Program-made: the position numbers and the translations under genes | Shown: piece after piece, positions 23,087-34,080 of the stretch | Layout: each line of letters opens with the position of its first letter | How positions within the stretch are numbered: position 1 is the stretch's first letter | The notes under the pieces: generated by a model | Seen by the model: only the letters and a program-made list of their open reading frames with translations | Database searches by the model: none | What the model was told of the DNA's origin: nothing | NCBI GenBank assembly: GCA_026936335.1 | Contig: JAPMXV010000016.1 | Coordinates: 186,001 to 250,000 of the forward strand | DNA from: Mantamonas sphyraenae STR306 | Taxonomy: Eukaryota; Protista; CRuMs | DNA: 64,000 bases | Reading direction: 5' to 3'

Positions 23087-23335
23087 GTTGGATGGATGAA
23101 ATGTTGTATGTGTGTGTGTGTATGTGTGAGGTGGGTGTTGGTGTGTGGTCTGCGCCGCAGTTTGTGTGCCCCCGACCACGCTCGTCGTCCCACCCAGGTC
23201 CTTGTGACGCACCGTAGAACGTTTCTGTGCGTGGCTGAATGCAATCCATGTCAAACCCACCCATTCGATGACAATGGGTTGCACATCCCCTGTCGTTGAC
23301 CCGCACGTCGCGTGAGCAGAGCCAACCAAAGCGTC

Positions 23336-24373
23336 ATGGGATTGTTCTCGCTTGTCGTTGGCTCAGAAGCCACGTGGTTGCAGGAAGTCTTGGCATGGAT
23401 TGTGTTGTATGTCGTCGTGGCTGTGGTGGCGCGCTATGGCTACGTGGAAGCGCTGTGGTACGCACCGGTCGATCTGCGCGGAAAAGTCGCCGTGATCACA
23501 GGTGCCAACAGTGGCATCGGCAAGGAGTCGGCTCTGCAACTGGCACGCAGTGGCGCACATGTGGTGATGGCCTGCAGGTCGCTGGAGCGAGCGGAGAAGG
23601 CCAAGAAGGAGATTGAGGCGGAAATTGCCGCTTCCGGCTACTTTTTTGGCGACCCCAGGGAGCATGTGCCGCCGACGATCGTCCAATGTGACCTGTGCGA
23701 CTTTGAGAGTGTGCGCAAGTGTGCTGATGAGATCAAGGGACAGGTGGATGCGATTGACATCCTGCTGTGCAACGCCGGTGGCGTTTACCCCAAGGCACAG
23801 ACGAAGGATGGACACGACGTGCAGATGCAAGGAAATGTGTTGGGACATGTGTTGCTTGTGGATCTGTTGATGGACGCCGTAAAGCAAGTGGGTGGACGCA
23901 TTGTTCACGTGAGCAGCGAGGCACATCGCGGCTCCTCGATGGACCCGAACGACTTTGACATGGCCAAGGCATCGGGAGGCTCCATGATGGACTTTAAGAT
24001 GTATGCAAACACAAAGTGTGCTCAGATCCTGCACATGCATGCGCTTGTGGAGGAGCTTGCACAAGATCCGGAAAACAAGGTGACCGTGAACTGCGTGCAT
24101 CCGGGTGCTGTGGACTCTGACTTCAAGCAGTACTTTTCACCCGCAGTGCAATCATTGGCTGTCATTGTCAAACCCTTTTTCAAGACTGTGCGTGCGGGTG
24201 CGGTCACGCAGCTCCACGCGGCAACGGCTCCCAAGATGGCCGGTGTCACCGATCGATATCTTGCCCAGGCCACGTTTGCCTCGTATGGCAACCCACAAGC
24301 CACCGACAAGAAGCTGCAGCAGCAGTTCTGGACGTGGGCGCGCAACGCCACGGCCGAAGCACGGGAGAGTTGA
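23336..24373 (+). CDS. Short-chain dehydrogenase/reductase, retinol dehydrogenase (RDH11-14)-like
   Basis: TGANSGIG, LCNAG, VSS, catalytic YANTK, VHPGAV; N-terminal TM anchor. Confidence 0.92.
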   Translation: MGLFSLVVGSEATWLQEVLAWIVLYVVVAVVARYGYVEALWYAPVDLRGKVAVITGANSGIGKESALQLARSGAHVVMACRSLERAEKAKKEIEAEIAASGYFFGDPREHVPPTIVQCDLCDFESVRKCADEIKGQVDAIDILLCNAGGVYPKAQTKDGHDVQMQGNVLGHVLLVDLLMDAVKQVGGRIVHVSSEAHRGSSMDPNDFDMAKASGGSMMDFKMYANTKCAQILHMHALVEELAQDPENKVTVNCVHPGAVDSDFKQYFSPAVQSLAVIVKPFFKTVRAGAVTQLHAATAPKMAGVTDRYLAQATFASYGNPQATDKKLQQQFWTWARNATAEARES

Positions 24374-24420
24374 AAATGAAAATTGAGTGTGTGCTCTTCA
24401 TTCTTGCTTGCAAGGTTGCA

Positions 24421-26063
24421 TCACGCAACCTTGAGCTCACGGAAACCAATGCTCTGACGGACGCTCTTTCGTCGTGCAGCGGCGCCTGTGGCAGTGTCTT
24501 CGTAGGCGAGATCGACCGGGTCAAAGTCATCCATGTCGCCTGTGAGTGGCGCATAGCTTGTGTCGAAGCGACGACGTCCAAGCATGGCAATGATGACGTC
24601 GACAAGGAGGGCAATGCCAATGACGGCACAGGCGGCAATGATGAGATCGAGACCCGTGAGCATCTTGAGGCACACGGAGTATTGCATGCCAGTGACGGCC
24701 TCACGTACAATGGAGCAGGAGAGCAGCTCATTGAGGCGTTTGCCTGCACTGACAATGGCATCCATTGCACTGGCCAGCTTGGCATAGGCCTTGCGGTCGT
24801 CGGTGGTCCACGTGCGTGTGTCGATGGTGCGATAGTTCTGGCGGGTGACCCGGACGCCGTTCTTTGCACCCAGGTCCTGGAGGCCCTGGAAGCACTTTGT
24901 GTCTGCGTTGTTGATCATGGTGCGTGATTCGCCACTGGAGGCATTGTTGGCACAGGCCAGGAGGACAGAGACACCCGGCTGCGGGGTTCCGGTGCTGGCA
25001 AACTGCTGCACAGAGTAGCAAAAGTCACCAATCATGACGGAAATGGGCAAATGGGCAGCAAACTGCAGCCAAATGATGGTCATTGCCACAAGACCCAGCA
25101 TGGCCATGAGGGCAAAGATCCAGCCGCGACCACGCACGATGCCATACACACCCACCAGAGACGCCAAGACGGCAAAGCCCAGGGAGATGTTGATGACCCA
25201 GAGACGAATGACGTCGTACTCCTCCACGGTGCCCTGCAAGGAGGTGAGCTGCTTGCGTGCGGCGGAACTTGCCTGGATCAACGGGTTGGTTGCACTGTTG
25301 ATCTCCTTCTCCGTGGTCTGCGCCACTCCAGCCTCACGTGCAGCGTTGAGGTCGGTGCGAATGCCTGTGGCAGTGTCCACCAGGCGGGCGGCGGCCTTGT
25401 CCAGGGTGGAGAAGCTGAGGGAGAAGCTGGTCTGCACGCGTGCGTTGCCCACATACCCCATGGCACCTCCAGCCACACAGGCAGCCACACCAATGACAAA
25501 CACCACCTTGAGGGTGTTTTGCACCCCTTTGCTGGCCATACAGGAACGAGCGGCCTTCTCTGCGTTCCAGCACACATCCCGTCCTGTGCACTTGTGCAGG
25601 CAGGCACGCAAGACCGTCCACAGCATGTACACAATGAGCACCAGCAGGCTGACGGCGGCAAACACCAGACTCGGCACTCCCAGCAGGAAGACACCGGTAA
25701 GGTACTCCAAAGACATGGGGTTGAACGTCTTGCTCACCTCCTTGCCCTGCAGGTCGTACCGAGGCAACGCTCGCTTCACCTTGATGATCTGCTCCAGCAC
25801 CTGCGACTCGGCACCCTCCAATTGCAACAGTTGGCGCTGCGTGGCACCCTCAGTGGCTGTGTGGCGTACGGTGGCGCGCGAGAAGGGCGCGTGTGAGAGA
25901 GGGGAAACGCGCGGGTCACGAATCGCCACTCTCCCGGGACGTGGGGGGAGGTGGGGGAAAAGGGAAGGGCAAGGAGGGCAAACGCACCAGGCAGCTGTTC
26001 GGCACCCAAACACACACACACCAGCATGCAAGCCAACAGAGCAAGCACGAGTGGACGTGTCAT
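24421..26063 (-). CDS. Multi-pass membrane protein, Tweety/prominin-like; intron 25987-25857
   Basis: Signal peptide and about 5 TM helices with a helical ectodomain; GNARVQ after TM2, GDFC after TM4, Cys-containing second loop. Confidence 0.6.
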
Positions 26064-26234
26064 GGTCGCGATGGGATTCGTGTGGGCAGGGTGGGGTCGG
26101 GTGGTGATGCAGATTCAGATGCACACACCAGTGGCCATGAGGACAAGTGGAAGGGGGGTTGATGGCAATGGTCGATGATGATGGCATTGTGTGTGTGTGC
26201 ACGGAAGACGCCCCGTTTCGACCACTGGAAACGA

Positions 26235-26461
26235 ATGAGCAGCAGCGGCGAGTCTTCCGACGGCCTGGAGGCCACCATGAAGCTGTTGGACGATGGGTCG
26301 CACCATCTCAATCTGGCACTGTACACTGAGGTGACCAATGCAGCAGAGTTGCGTGCACAGGTGCTCAAGGGCGAACTGCGGGCAGCCTTGATCAACACGG
26401 AGCTGGTGAGTGGGAAATCCTGCGGGCAGCCACACACGCCACCCCCCTTCGCGAGCACACT

Positions 26462-26499
<38 letters not shown>

Positions 26500-26997
26500 A
26501 TGGTCGACCATATACACAGATTGTGGATGCAGAGCAGGTGATGGTGGCTGCCAACTATGCCATGCATCTGGACACGCAGGACGAGCGAAAGACGAGGTCG
26601 CTGGAAACCGAGCTGTTGTACATTCTCTCCGCCGACACAAAGGTGAGTGGTGTGACACACACAGACGTGCACACACGTGGATGAGTGTGCTGGTGACCCT
26701 ATCCAATGCTCATCCCGAGTCCCACTGTCCCACCCGCAGATCTCCAACGCACTAAAGATGTTTGGCGCTGGAGACGAGGCGACGTCGCTGCTGGTGGCTG
26801 TGTTTGACGGCACCGCCGAGGAGATGGCGGACATCCACAGCAAGGTGCAGGGCACACAGGTGGCACTGGACACAGTGGCGCAGCTGTGTGACACTGCACG
26901 TGTGCAGAGTGTGTACAAGGTGGAGAACAGAGAGGTTGCCGTCCCGGGTGGGTTGCTGGCAGCTGTGGTGGGACGCATCAGCACACGCGACTGTTAA
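26235..26997 (+). CDS. TPRKB: KEOPS complex subunit CGI121/TPRKB, 2 introns
   Basis: VTNAAELR, ALINTELI, KTRSLETELLYILS..ISNALKMFG, VYKV. Confidence 0.9.
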
Positions 26998-27038
26998 CTT
27001 TGTGATTGTGCTCTCATCTCATCCCATTCATCATTCGT

Positions 27039-28958
27039 TCATTCGTTGTCACTCAGCCCAGTCAACGCTTCCCATCCCCCTTCGTTGTAGGCGTCGATGT
27101 CACCCCGCTCTTCCTTGGGGTTCAAGGCCTTCTTGAGGACCAACATGAGACCACGGTCGACCTCGTCGCGGAGAAAGTCCACGAGGACGTCGGAGAGTTC
27201 CGTCCACACGTTGTCCCTGGTCCAGTCGAACACGGAACGCACAAAGGTGTCGTTGTTCTCGTCAAAGTCCACATGGTCCATGGCTTGCAAAAGAATGTGT
27301 TCCACCACACCCTTGCCCACCTCCACCCATCCCGATGTGGTGACATACAACACCCCCGGCGCCAATCCCAATCGTCCGTCCTCCTTGACCGGGTTCTGCG
27401 CCGCAAACGACTCGGGGGTGAGCACAAACGACGCCTGCGCATCCTCCATGCTCGGCACCTCGATGCTGGCACCGACAAATGTCATGGCAGGCAGGTCGCC
27501 GTAGAGACGGCCGCTGAATGTGCTCTGGCGTTGCGTGTGGTCGGTGGTGCTCAGGTCAAACACGCGTGCGGGGGCGGACGGATCCACCTCGGACGGTTTC
27601 ACCTTTTTGCTCTCTTGGCCCTCCACGTAGGGGTTGCCCTGGAAGAAGAGCATGGTGTCGAGCATCTGGCCGATGTCTTCCACCACGCTGCCCATGGTCA
27701 GTTTGCACTCCACCACGGCCACCACCTCGTCGTACTCGGGTCGGTTGGCATTCTTGCGCAGCACCAGAAAGTCGAATTCGTTGGAGCAGCCGTAGGGCAT
27801 GCCATGGAAGGTGACGTTGGCCACCACGTGTACACTCTCCTCCTTCCTGCATGGCACCGTCTTGGCCCACTCCTCCACAAAGTGTCTGCAGTTGTGTTCA
27901 AACTTGACCCCACGCCGTCCGTTCCGTGCACCCTCCTTGCGATTCACCTTGTCCATGTCATCCAACACCTGCGTCAGACCCCATCTTTCCCTGGCCTCCT
28001 CCAATGCCCGTTTGGCCTCTTCGTATGCCACCACCTCCTCCAACGCTTCCCACTCCTCCACCGCCGCCTCTGCCTCTGCCATCTGTCCCCTCTTCCTCTC
28101 CAGGATCTCCATCATGCGTTGGTCCTTCTCACTCAACTCCCCATCCTGCCCACCCTCTCCTCGCTTCTTGGCACTCTTCTCCGCCTTGCTTTCCATCTCC
28201 CGGATCGCACGTTGCAGGTCAAACTTGCGCTTCTTCACCGCCCCCTGTCGCTTGTCCTTTTCCAGAGTGCCATCCATGGCTTCCATGGCCTCCTTGGCCG
28301 TCTCCATGGCCTCCTCCAACGCCTGCAACGCGTCCCCGTGCTCCCGCAGGATGGCATTGCGCGTCTCAAACAGCATCAGACGCGCATCGTTCATGGCACG
28401 TCGTGTGTTGATCGATTCCCGGAACCAGGCTGCAAAGTGGTCGAACGAACGCACACTCAGCGTCTTGGGGTCGCTCATGTCTGCAAAACTGACCAGCTCC
28501 TTGCCGCCCGTCCAGTACATGCCTGTGGCGTTGTACACGGAGGAAAACATGCTGCGAAGGTTCTGTTGCACCGTGGCTTCCAGGCTCTCCTCGTCCAAGT
28601 CCTGTTGGTCGTTGAGGGTGCGATCGCGTTCCAGCGCGGCCGCCTCCTTGCGTGCACGCATGAGTGCGTTGACGGCATCTACATACCTGCCACTGTGGAA
28701 CAGCATGGGTGCACGACACATGTCACACCCAGTGGTGGTGGTGGTGGTGGTGGTGGCGATGGTGCCCTGTTGCTCCTCCTCCTCCTCCTCCCTCTCTCCC
28801 AGCCTCGTGTTGCTTCTCGTAGGCCTCGAGCGCCTCGCGTGCCAACTGGGCCTGATCCACCTCGTGCAACGCCGCCACATCCGTCACCACCTTGTCCTGC
28901 GACAGATCCAACAGAGTGGTGGGTGCATACAGTGATGGTGTGGCATGGGTCAAGTTGG

Positions 28959-28994
<36 letters not shown>

Positions 28995-29304
28995 TGCTGT
29001 TGCCTGCGTTGGTGACGGCTTGGCGTTGTTCGCAGACGGGACAGGGCATGGCTCGGTTGATTTTCCCTTTGCATGACACTCTGTGGATAAACATGTCCTG
29101 GGTGGAACCTACGTAGTTGTGGAGCAAGGTGAGGGCACCCACCTCGGCTACGGCCCGGTTGCCTGCCGTGCCCTTCAGCAGCTTGGGTTGTCCACGCGCC
29201 TTGAACACCCCTCCCGACACTCCCTCCTTGCGTGTGCGCAGCTCCGTCTCACAAAACCGTGTGGTGGCCCCCTGTTTGGATGACGATGACTGACGCGATG
29301 ACAT
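27039..29304 (-). CDS. Coiled-coil protein with PD-(D/E)XK nuclease-like domain; frame break near 28790
   Basis: Helical/coiled-coil region followed by G.KFE, EFDFLV and VVECK. The N-terminal part lies in ORF 28723-29361 and joins after removing one base in a GAG repeat. Confidence 0.6.
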
Positions 29305-29386
29305 GTGTGCAGAATGACGGAAAAAGTGAAGTTGGCACCGCCAGTGCGACACCTGATCCACAGCTTTTCAACAACCCACACACACA

Positions 29387-30205
29387 ATGACACGTTGCAC
29401 TTTTCTCATGATTCTGCTGCTGAGCGCAGGTCTGTTGGCACACGCAATGATCCCCGGACGGGTGGCGGTGGGCGAGTCCGAGCCTGAGGAGGAGTCGGAC
29501 GGGACGGAAGAAGTGGGCTTTGAGCCGCCGACGCCCGGCCAGGAAGGTGAGGACGTCATCGAGGGCACAGAGGGGGCGGAAACCACACAAAGCGGCGGTG
29601 CCAAGGACACAAAGACGACACAAGACACTGCAGACACGCAAAAGACAGGCGACAACGCACCTGCGACGGGCAAGGAGGCAGGCATGGAAAACAAGGAGGG
29701 ACAGGAAGACCAGGAGGAAGATTCTCTGGGTTCGATGCTTGGGGATCTGTTCCGCGAGCTGGGCAAGGAAGTGAGCAAGACAGTGGAGGAGGGTGGCATC
29801 AAGATTTCCATGCATGGCCACTACTGTGGACCGGGGCATGGGGATGTGAACTATGTGCAGGAGCCTGTGGACGTCATCGACGCCGCCTGCAAGGCCCACG
29901 ACTACTGCTACGAGTATGGCCATTACCAGGATTGCTACTGTGACGCAAAGCTGGTGAGTGACATCGACAAGGCTCTGAAGGCGCCCAGTGTGCGTGGCAA
30001 ACTGAGCCAGGAGGCCAAGCAAGCTGGCACGGCCATTCGCTCCTGGTTTGCCCTGGCCGGATGCTCATGTCTGGATGCACAAACGGGCAAGCGTGTCGAG
30101 CAGCAGGCGTATGATAGGGACAACCTCGTCAGCTGTTCCGACCCGGTGGCCTTCAAGGCGTTGCACACGGGCAACATGGATGGTGTGGACAAAGATGAAC
30201 TTTAA
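29387..30205 (+). CDS. Secretory-type phospholipase A2 with acidic linker and C-terminal KDEL
   Basis: Signal peptide; Ca-loop HGHYCGPG; catalytic DAACKAHDYCY; CDAKL; ends DKDEL. Confidence 0.88.
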   Translation: MTRCTFLMILLLSAGLLAHAMIPGRVAVGESEPEEESDGTEEVGFEPPTPGQEGEDVIEGTEGAETTQSGGAKDTKTTQDTADTQKTGDNAPATGKEAGMENKEGQEDQEEDSLGSMLGDLFRELGKEVSKTVEEGGIKISMHGHYCGPGHGDVNYVQEPVDVIDAACKAHDYCYEYGHYQDCYCDAKLVSDIDKALKAPSVRGKLSQEAKQAGTAIRSWFALAGCSCLDAQTGKRVEQQAYDRDNLVSCSDPVAFKALHTGNMDGVDKDEL

Positions 30206-30224
30206 GTGTGGACAAAGATGAACT
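30183..30224 (+). repeat. 19-bp direct repeat GTGTGGACAAAGATGAACT (30183-30201, 30206-30224)
   Basis: Two exact copies separated by TTAA. Confidence 0.95.
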
Positions 30225-32028
30225 CTAGGTGAAATGAACGATGTATTCGGCGTAGCATTGGGCATTGTCAAACACACAAAACATGTTGGTTCCCGATGTG
30301 CTGTCATAGCGCACAGGTTTGCGCTCTGTTGTGCCAAAGATCGTTCGGTTTGTGTTGGGTTTGTACGGCGGTGCACGCAGGCCGCTCTTGCCGCGTGTGC
30401 TGTCACCCACCAACACACGGCAGTACAACATCTTTTGGGTGCGTCCCACATAGCCAGAGGAGATGGAAGCAGAGGTGCCAAAGTAGATTCCCGCCCCAAT
30501 GGCACCATGGAGATTGCTCACCCGATGATCAAACCCTTCCGCGATGATGGTGTCGTACACATCGCCACGTGAGCCATGCCACAGCATCTTTTCGTTGCCA
30601 TTGTTCTCCATGTCCTGGCTTTTGAGGAAGTACCACTTCCAGGTTTGCAGATTCTGGTTGCGTTCGATGCGCGTCACTTTTCTCCCTTCATCGTTTTGAG
30701 AAACTCCCGTGCGACGCCGTTCCACTCGCGAGTGCCTTGGGTGACGTCAAACACCTCGTGTGCCTGGCTCTGGAACTCCCAATACTCTGGGAATCGGATG
30801 TCCGAGGTCAGAGTGATGCCATGACCACTGCTGCTCGCCTGCTGCTCCGACTGCTGAGCACGCAACTCCTCCACCTGCCTGCGCATCTCCTCCATCTCTG
30901 CCAACGCTTTTGCCAGTTGCAACGACGCCTCGTCGTTGCTGGTGGTGCGCAGCAACCCTGGCGTGCCTCCACGAGGGCTCGTCGCATCCCGTTCCTCCTC
31001 TTCAGCCAGAAACCGCGCGTACTCCGCATCCGTCATTCCATTGGCCACAGAAACATCCAACTTTTCGAATTCTCCGTCTCCTGCATCGTATTCGTCGTCT
31101 CCCTGCACCTGGATGACCAATGGTTCGTTCGCGGTGCTTGTTGTCGTTGTTTCCTGCTCAAATTGACGTGCCAGCTCTGCGGCAATGCGTGCATCCTCCT
31201 CCTCCTGCTCCTTCAGTCGTTTCAACATCTCATTGTCCCCCTTGACCAACGCCAGGGCCACCAGTTTGTCTGTGGTTTCGTGCGACTCGGTTTCCACCCT
31301 TTGCCCTGCCCCATGCTCCTCCTCCTCCGCCAGAAACCGCGCCAATTCTTCGTCTGTCATCCCATTTGAGCCTGTCTGTGAGTCTTGTGTGCTTGTGGTC
31401 GTCGTGGTGGTGGTGGTCGTCGTCGTTCCAGCAACACCCCCGTATTCTCCTCCTTCATCTTGCTCAAACTGCCTCGCCAACTCGGCTGCCATGCGCGCAT
31501 CCTCCTCTTCCTGTGTCCTCTTTCGTGCCATCATCTCATCGTTGTCCGTGCCGTGTACTGCCACAGACACGTCTTGCCCCTCTTCCCATCCCGACGGCAG
31601 GGCCCCGCCGCTATTCACCGTGTCGTATGCCTTGCTATTGTTCTCACCACAGAATGCAAGCACGCGGATGGCATCTTCTTGCCCAAGGTTGAACACGGAG
31701 GCCAGAACACGCGCCATTCCCTCCAGCGACGTGTCGTTCACGTCCACTGCTCGCTTCTCTTCCTGAAGCTGCTGGTACACATTCACAATGGCCAATCCCA
31801 CCTCTCCGTCTGCAAAGTGTGGCACAGGTCAAGGCAACAACCATCCAAACTCGGCACGGGAATTCGCAAACTCGGCCCTCATCCTTCACCCCCCACCCGC
31901 CGCCCTTCTCCGCATGCACACCCTTCTTCCACACCAAAGGATATAGTCAATGCCGCCGTTGCCTCGTCCTGTGTGCACCCCGTTGACAAGCACACGTCTT
32001 TGATGTGCTCCTTGCTTGTGGAGGACAT
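30225..32028 (-). CDS. PARP-family (probably mono-) ADP-ribosyltransferase with UBA-like and repeated MIU/UIM-like motifs; one intron (~31934-31810), frame break ~30680
   Basis: FPEYW, IERNQN..W, EKMLWHGS, GFD, GAGIYF, CRVLVG, YDS, YAEYIVHF. N-terminal EEEDARMAAELARQF and DEELARFLAEEE motifs. Confidence 0.85.
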
Positions 32029-32124
32029 GGAAAACGTTTCCCTTTGTTTTGCACGACACAGCGCTGCACACATCTCACGCTCCCACCCCGACGACCCCTG
32101 GTTCACCCCATTGCTCCATTTCCA

Positions 32125-34002
32125 TCACACACGATTGATGCGTGCAGTCTTGCGCAGAGGCACATCGCCACCCGAGGCAGTGCCAGACTCGGACTGAGGG
32201 GGGGCCTCCTTGCGTGGCCAAAAGGTGACGAGGATGAGCACACCCAGGGCCCATTCAATAAGGCGAAACACGCTGTGGCGTGCCACGACCAAGTTCACGT
32301 CGTCCTTGTCGGGCAAAAAGGTAAACACCAGCAAGATGAGCATGGTGATGACAAAGAACACAGAGGCCAACGTGGTGATGCGAATCACCTTGGTCACCTG
32401 TGCATCCAGCTTCTTACGTCCACGTGCACTGCTGATGCTCCTGCTTTCCTTCAGGTTGCCCGCCAGCTTGTTGCCATAGCGCACAAACCCTGCAAAGACG
32501 AAAAACAATGCTGCTGCGCTGAACGTGTTGTTGTAGATGGACATGCTGATGCCCGAGTACCATCGGATGATGTCGAGCGTGGCTGGCAGCACAATTGCCA
32601 GCACATTGATCACAATCAAGGAGTTGCGGAAGCCCGTCGGGATCCCTGCCGTTGTCTGCTTCAGTTGTGCACGCGCTCCCTTGGTCATCAACACAAAGTA
32701 GAACACGAGGGTGGAGTAGGCATTGAATGTCAACCCCACAGGCAGAAACATCACCAGATTCAACGCCAGCTGGTTGATGGGCACCTCGGGAACCAGCAAC
32801 AGTGCATACGTCACACAACGCAGCACAGACATGAGCAGAATCAGCGCCGTCACCATTCGAGGCAACGTTTTGCCTTCGCCATCCATCAGATGCCGCACCA
32901 CACAGTACAGTGACACGGGAATGAGGCACCCGAACAACACGCTGGTGATCAACCGGTAATAGAAACACAATGTGGGAGCACAGCCATACGACGCCGCACG
33001 CGGTTCACACTCACAATCGTGCTTGCCACTGAGCAATAGTGTGCCCAACGCACGCACCTTGTGTCCCGGCCCCGCAAACACCGCGCTCATGTTCACAGCT
33101 GTCACCACCTCCTGCGGCACCGTTGCATTGTTCGCCGCCGTAAATGTGGCTCCGCTGTCGCTCCCCGCATCCACTGCATACACATCCAGCGTCACACGCT
33201 GCTTCCAGCACCCGTCCCGGCTGTCATACAGCTCCAACGAGTCGATCCCCACAAACCAGTCCGGCGACGGCGCAACCATGCTCACCAGGCTCACCAGAGG
33301 CCGTGTCGACGTCGCACGCACCACAATCTCATCTTGTGCTGTCCCGTGTGTGTGCATTCCCACGTAGAATTGCCCCAACCATGTGCCCAATCCCCCCCAA
33401 AGCGTGTCAGCACACAATCATCGGGTCCCTCTGCCCTCCCTCCTTGTGCCCACTGCACTTTTCCCCCTCCGGCACACGCCACACTGGCCATACAGCACAT
33501 CGAGGCCACCCCACATCACCATGGAATGCACACTGTGCACACAGGCTGCTTTTTCATCGCCCACCCCTCGTGTAAACGTACGAATTGTCGCTTCTGCGGC
33601 AATGCCACTTCCGACATGGATCGCTTCGATTTGCCTCTTGCCCTTGGCCGCCTCCAGTTCCTTGACCAGGGCGGCTGTACTGCCAGTTTCGGCCATACTG
33701 ACCACACCGGGCGATGCCTGTGTGCCCAGTCGCCACATGACGTACGAAGCGTCGTGTCCCGTGCCCACCAGCGGCGAAAAGTGGGCGTTTGCAGGAAACT
33801 CGTGCGGCTGGTTCGCCGCCGTCCAGTTTGACGTAAACCGGGCCACGTAGAAGTTTGTAGAGCCGCAGTACTGAAAACGATGTGTCCTGGTGTCCTTCTG
33901 CTGTACATTCACGCTACTCCGCGCTGCTGTGACTACCCCAAGCACACACGCGAGCAGCACCACGCTCGCAGCAGCAACTGAAACCGCCGCCACTCTGCGC
34001 AT
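32125..34002 (-). CDS. Spondin_N domain fused to 7-TM (TOM1/GPR137-like) domain; intron ~33581-33339
   Basis: Signal peptide; Spondin_N motifs AHFSPLVG..H, MW..G..ASPGV..MAETG, MVAPSPDWFVG, DAGSDSG; seven hydrophobic segments downstream in the same exon. Confidence 0.82.
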
Positions 34003-34080
34003 TCTTCTCCTGGCTCCGCCATCGCAACCAACATCGCCCGTTGCCCATGTGATGACCCAAAGCACCCTTTCCTCCCAGTG

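Noticed and set aside
30183-30224. Direct repeat as CRISPR array or transposon target-site duplication
   Set aside because: Only two copies with a 4-bp gap; no spacers, cas genes or element between them.
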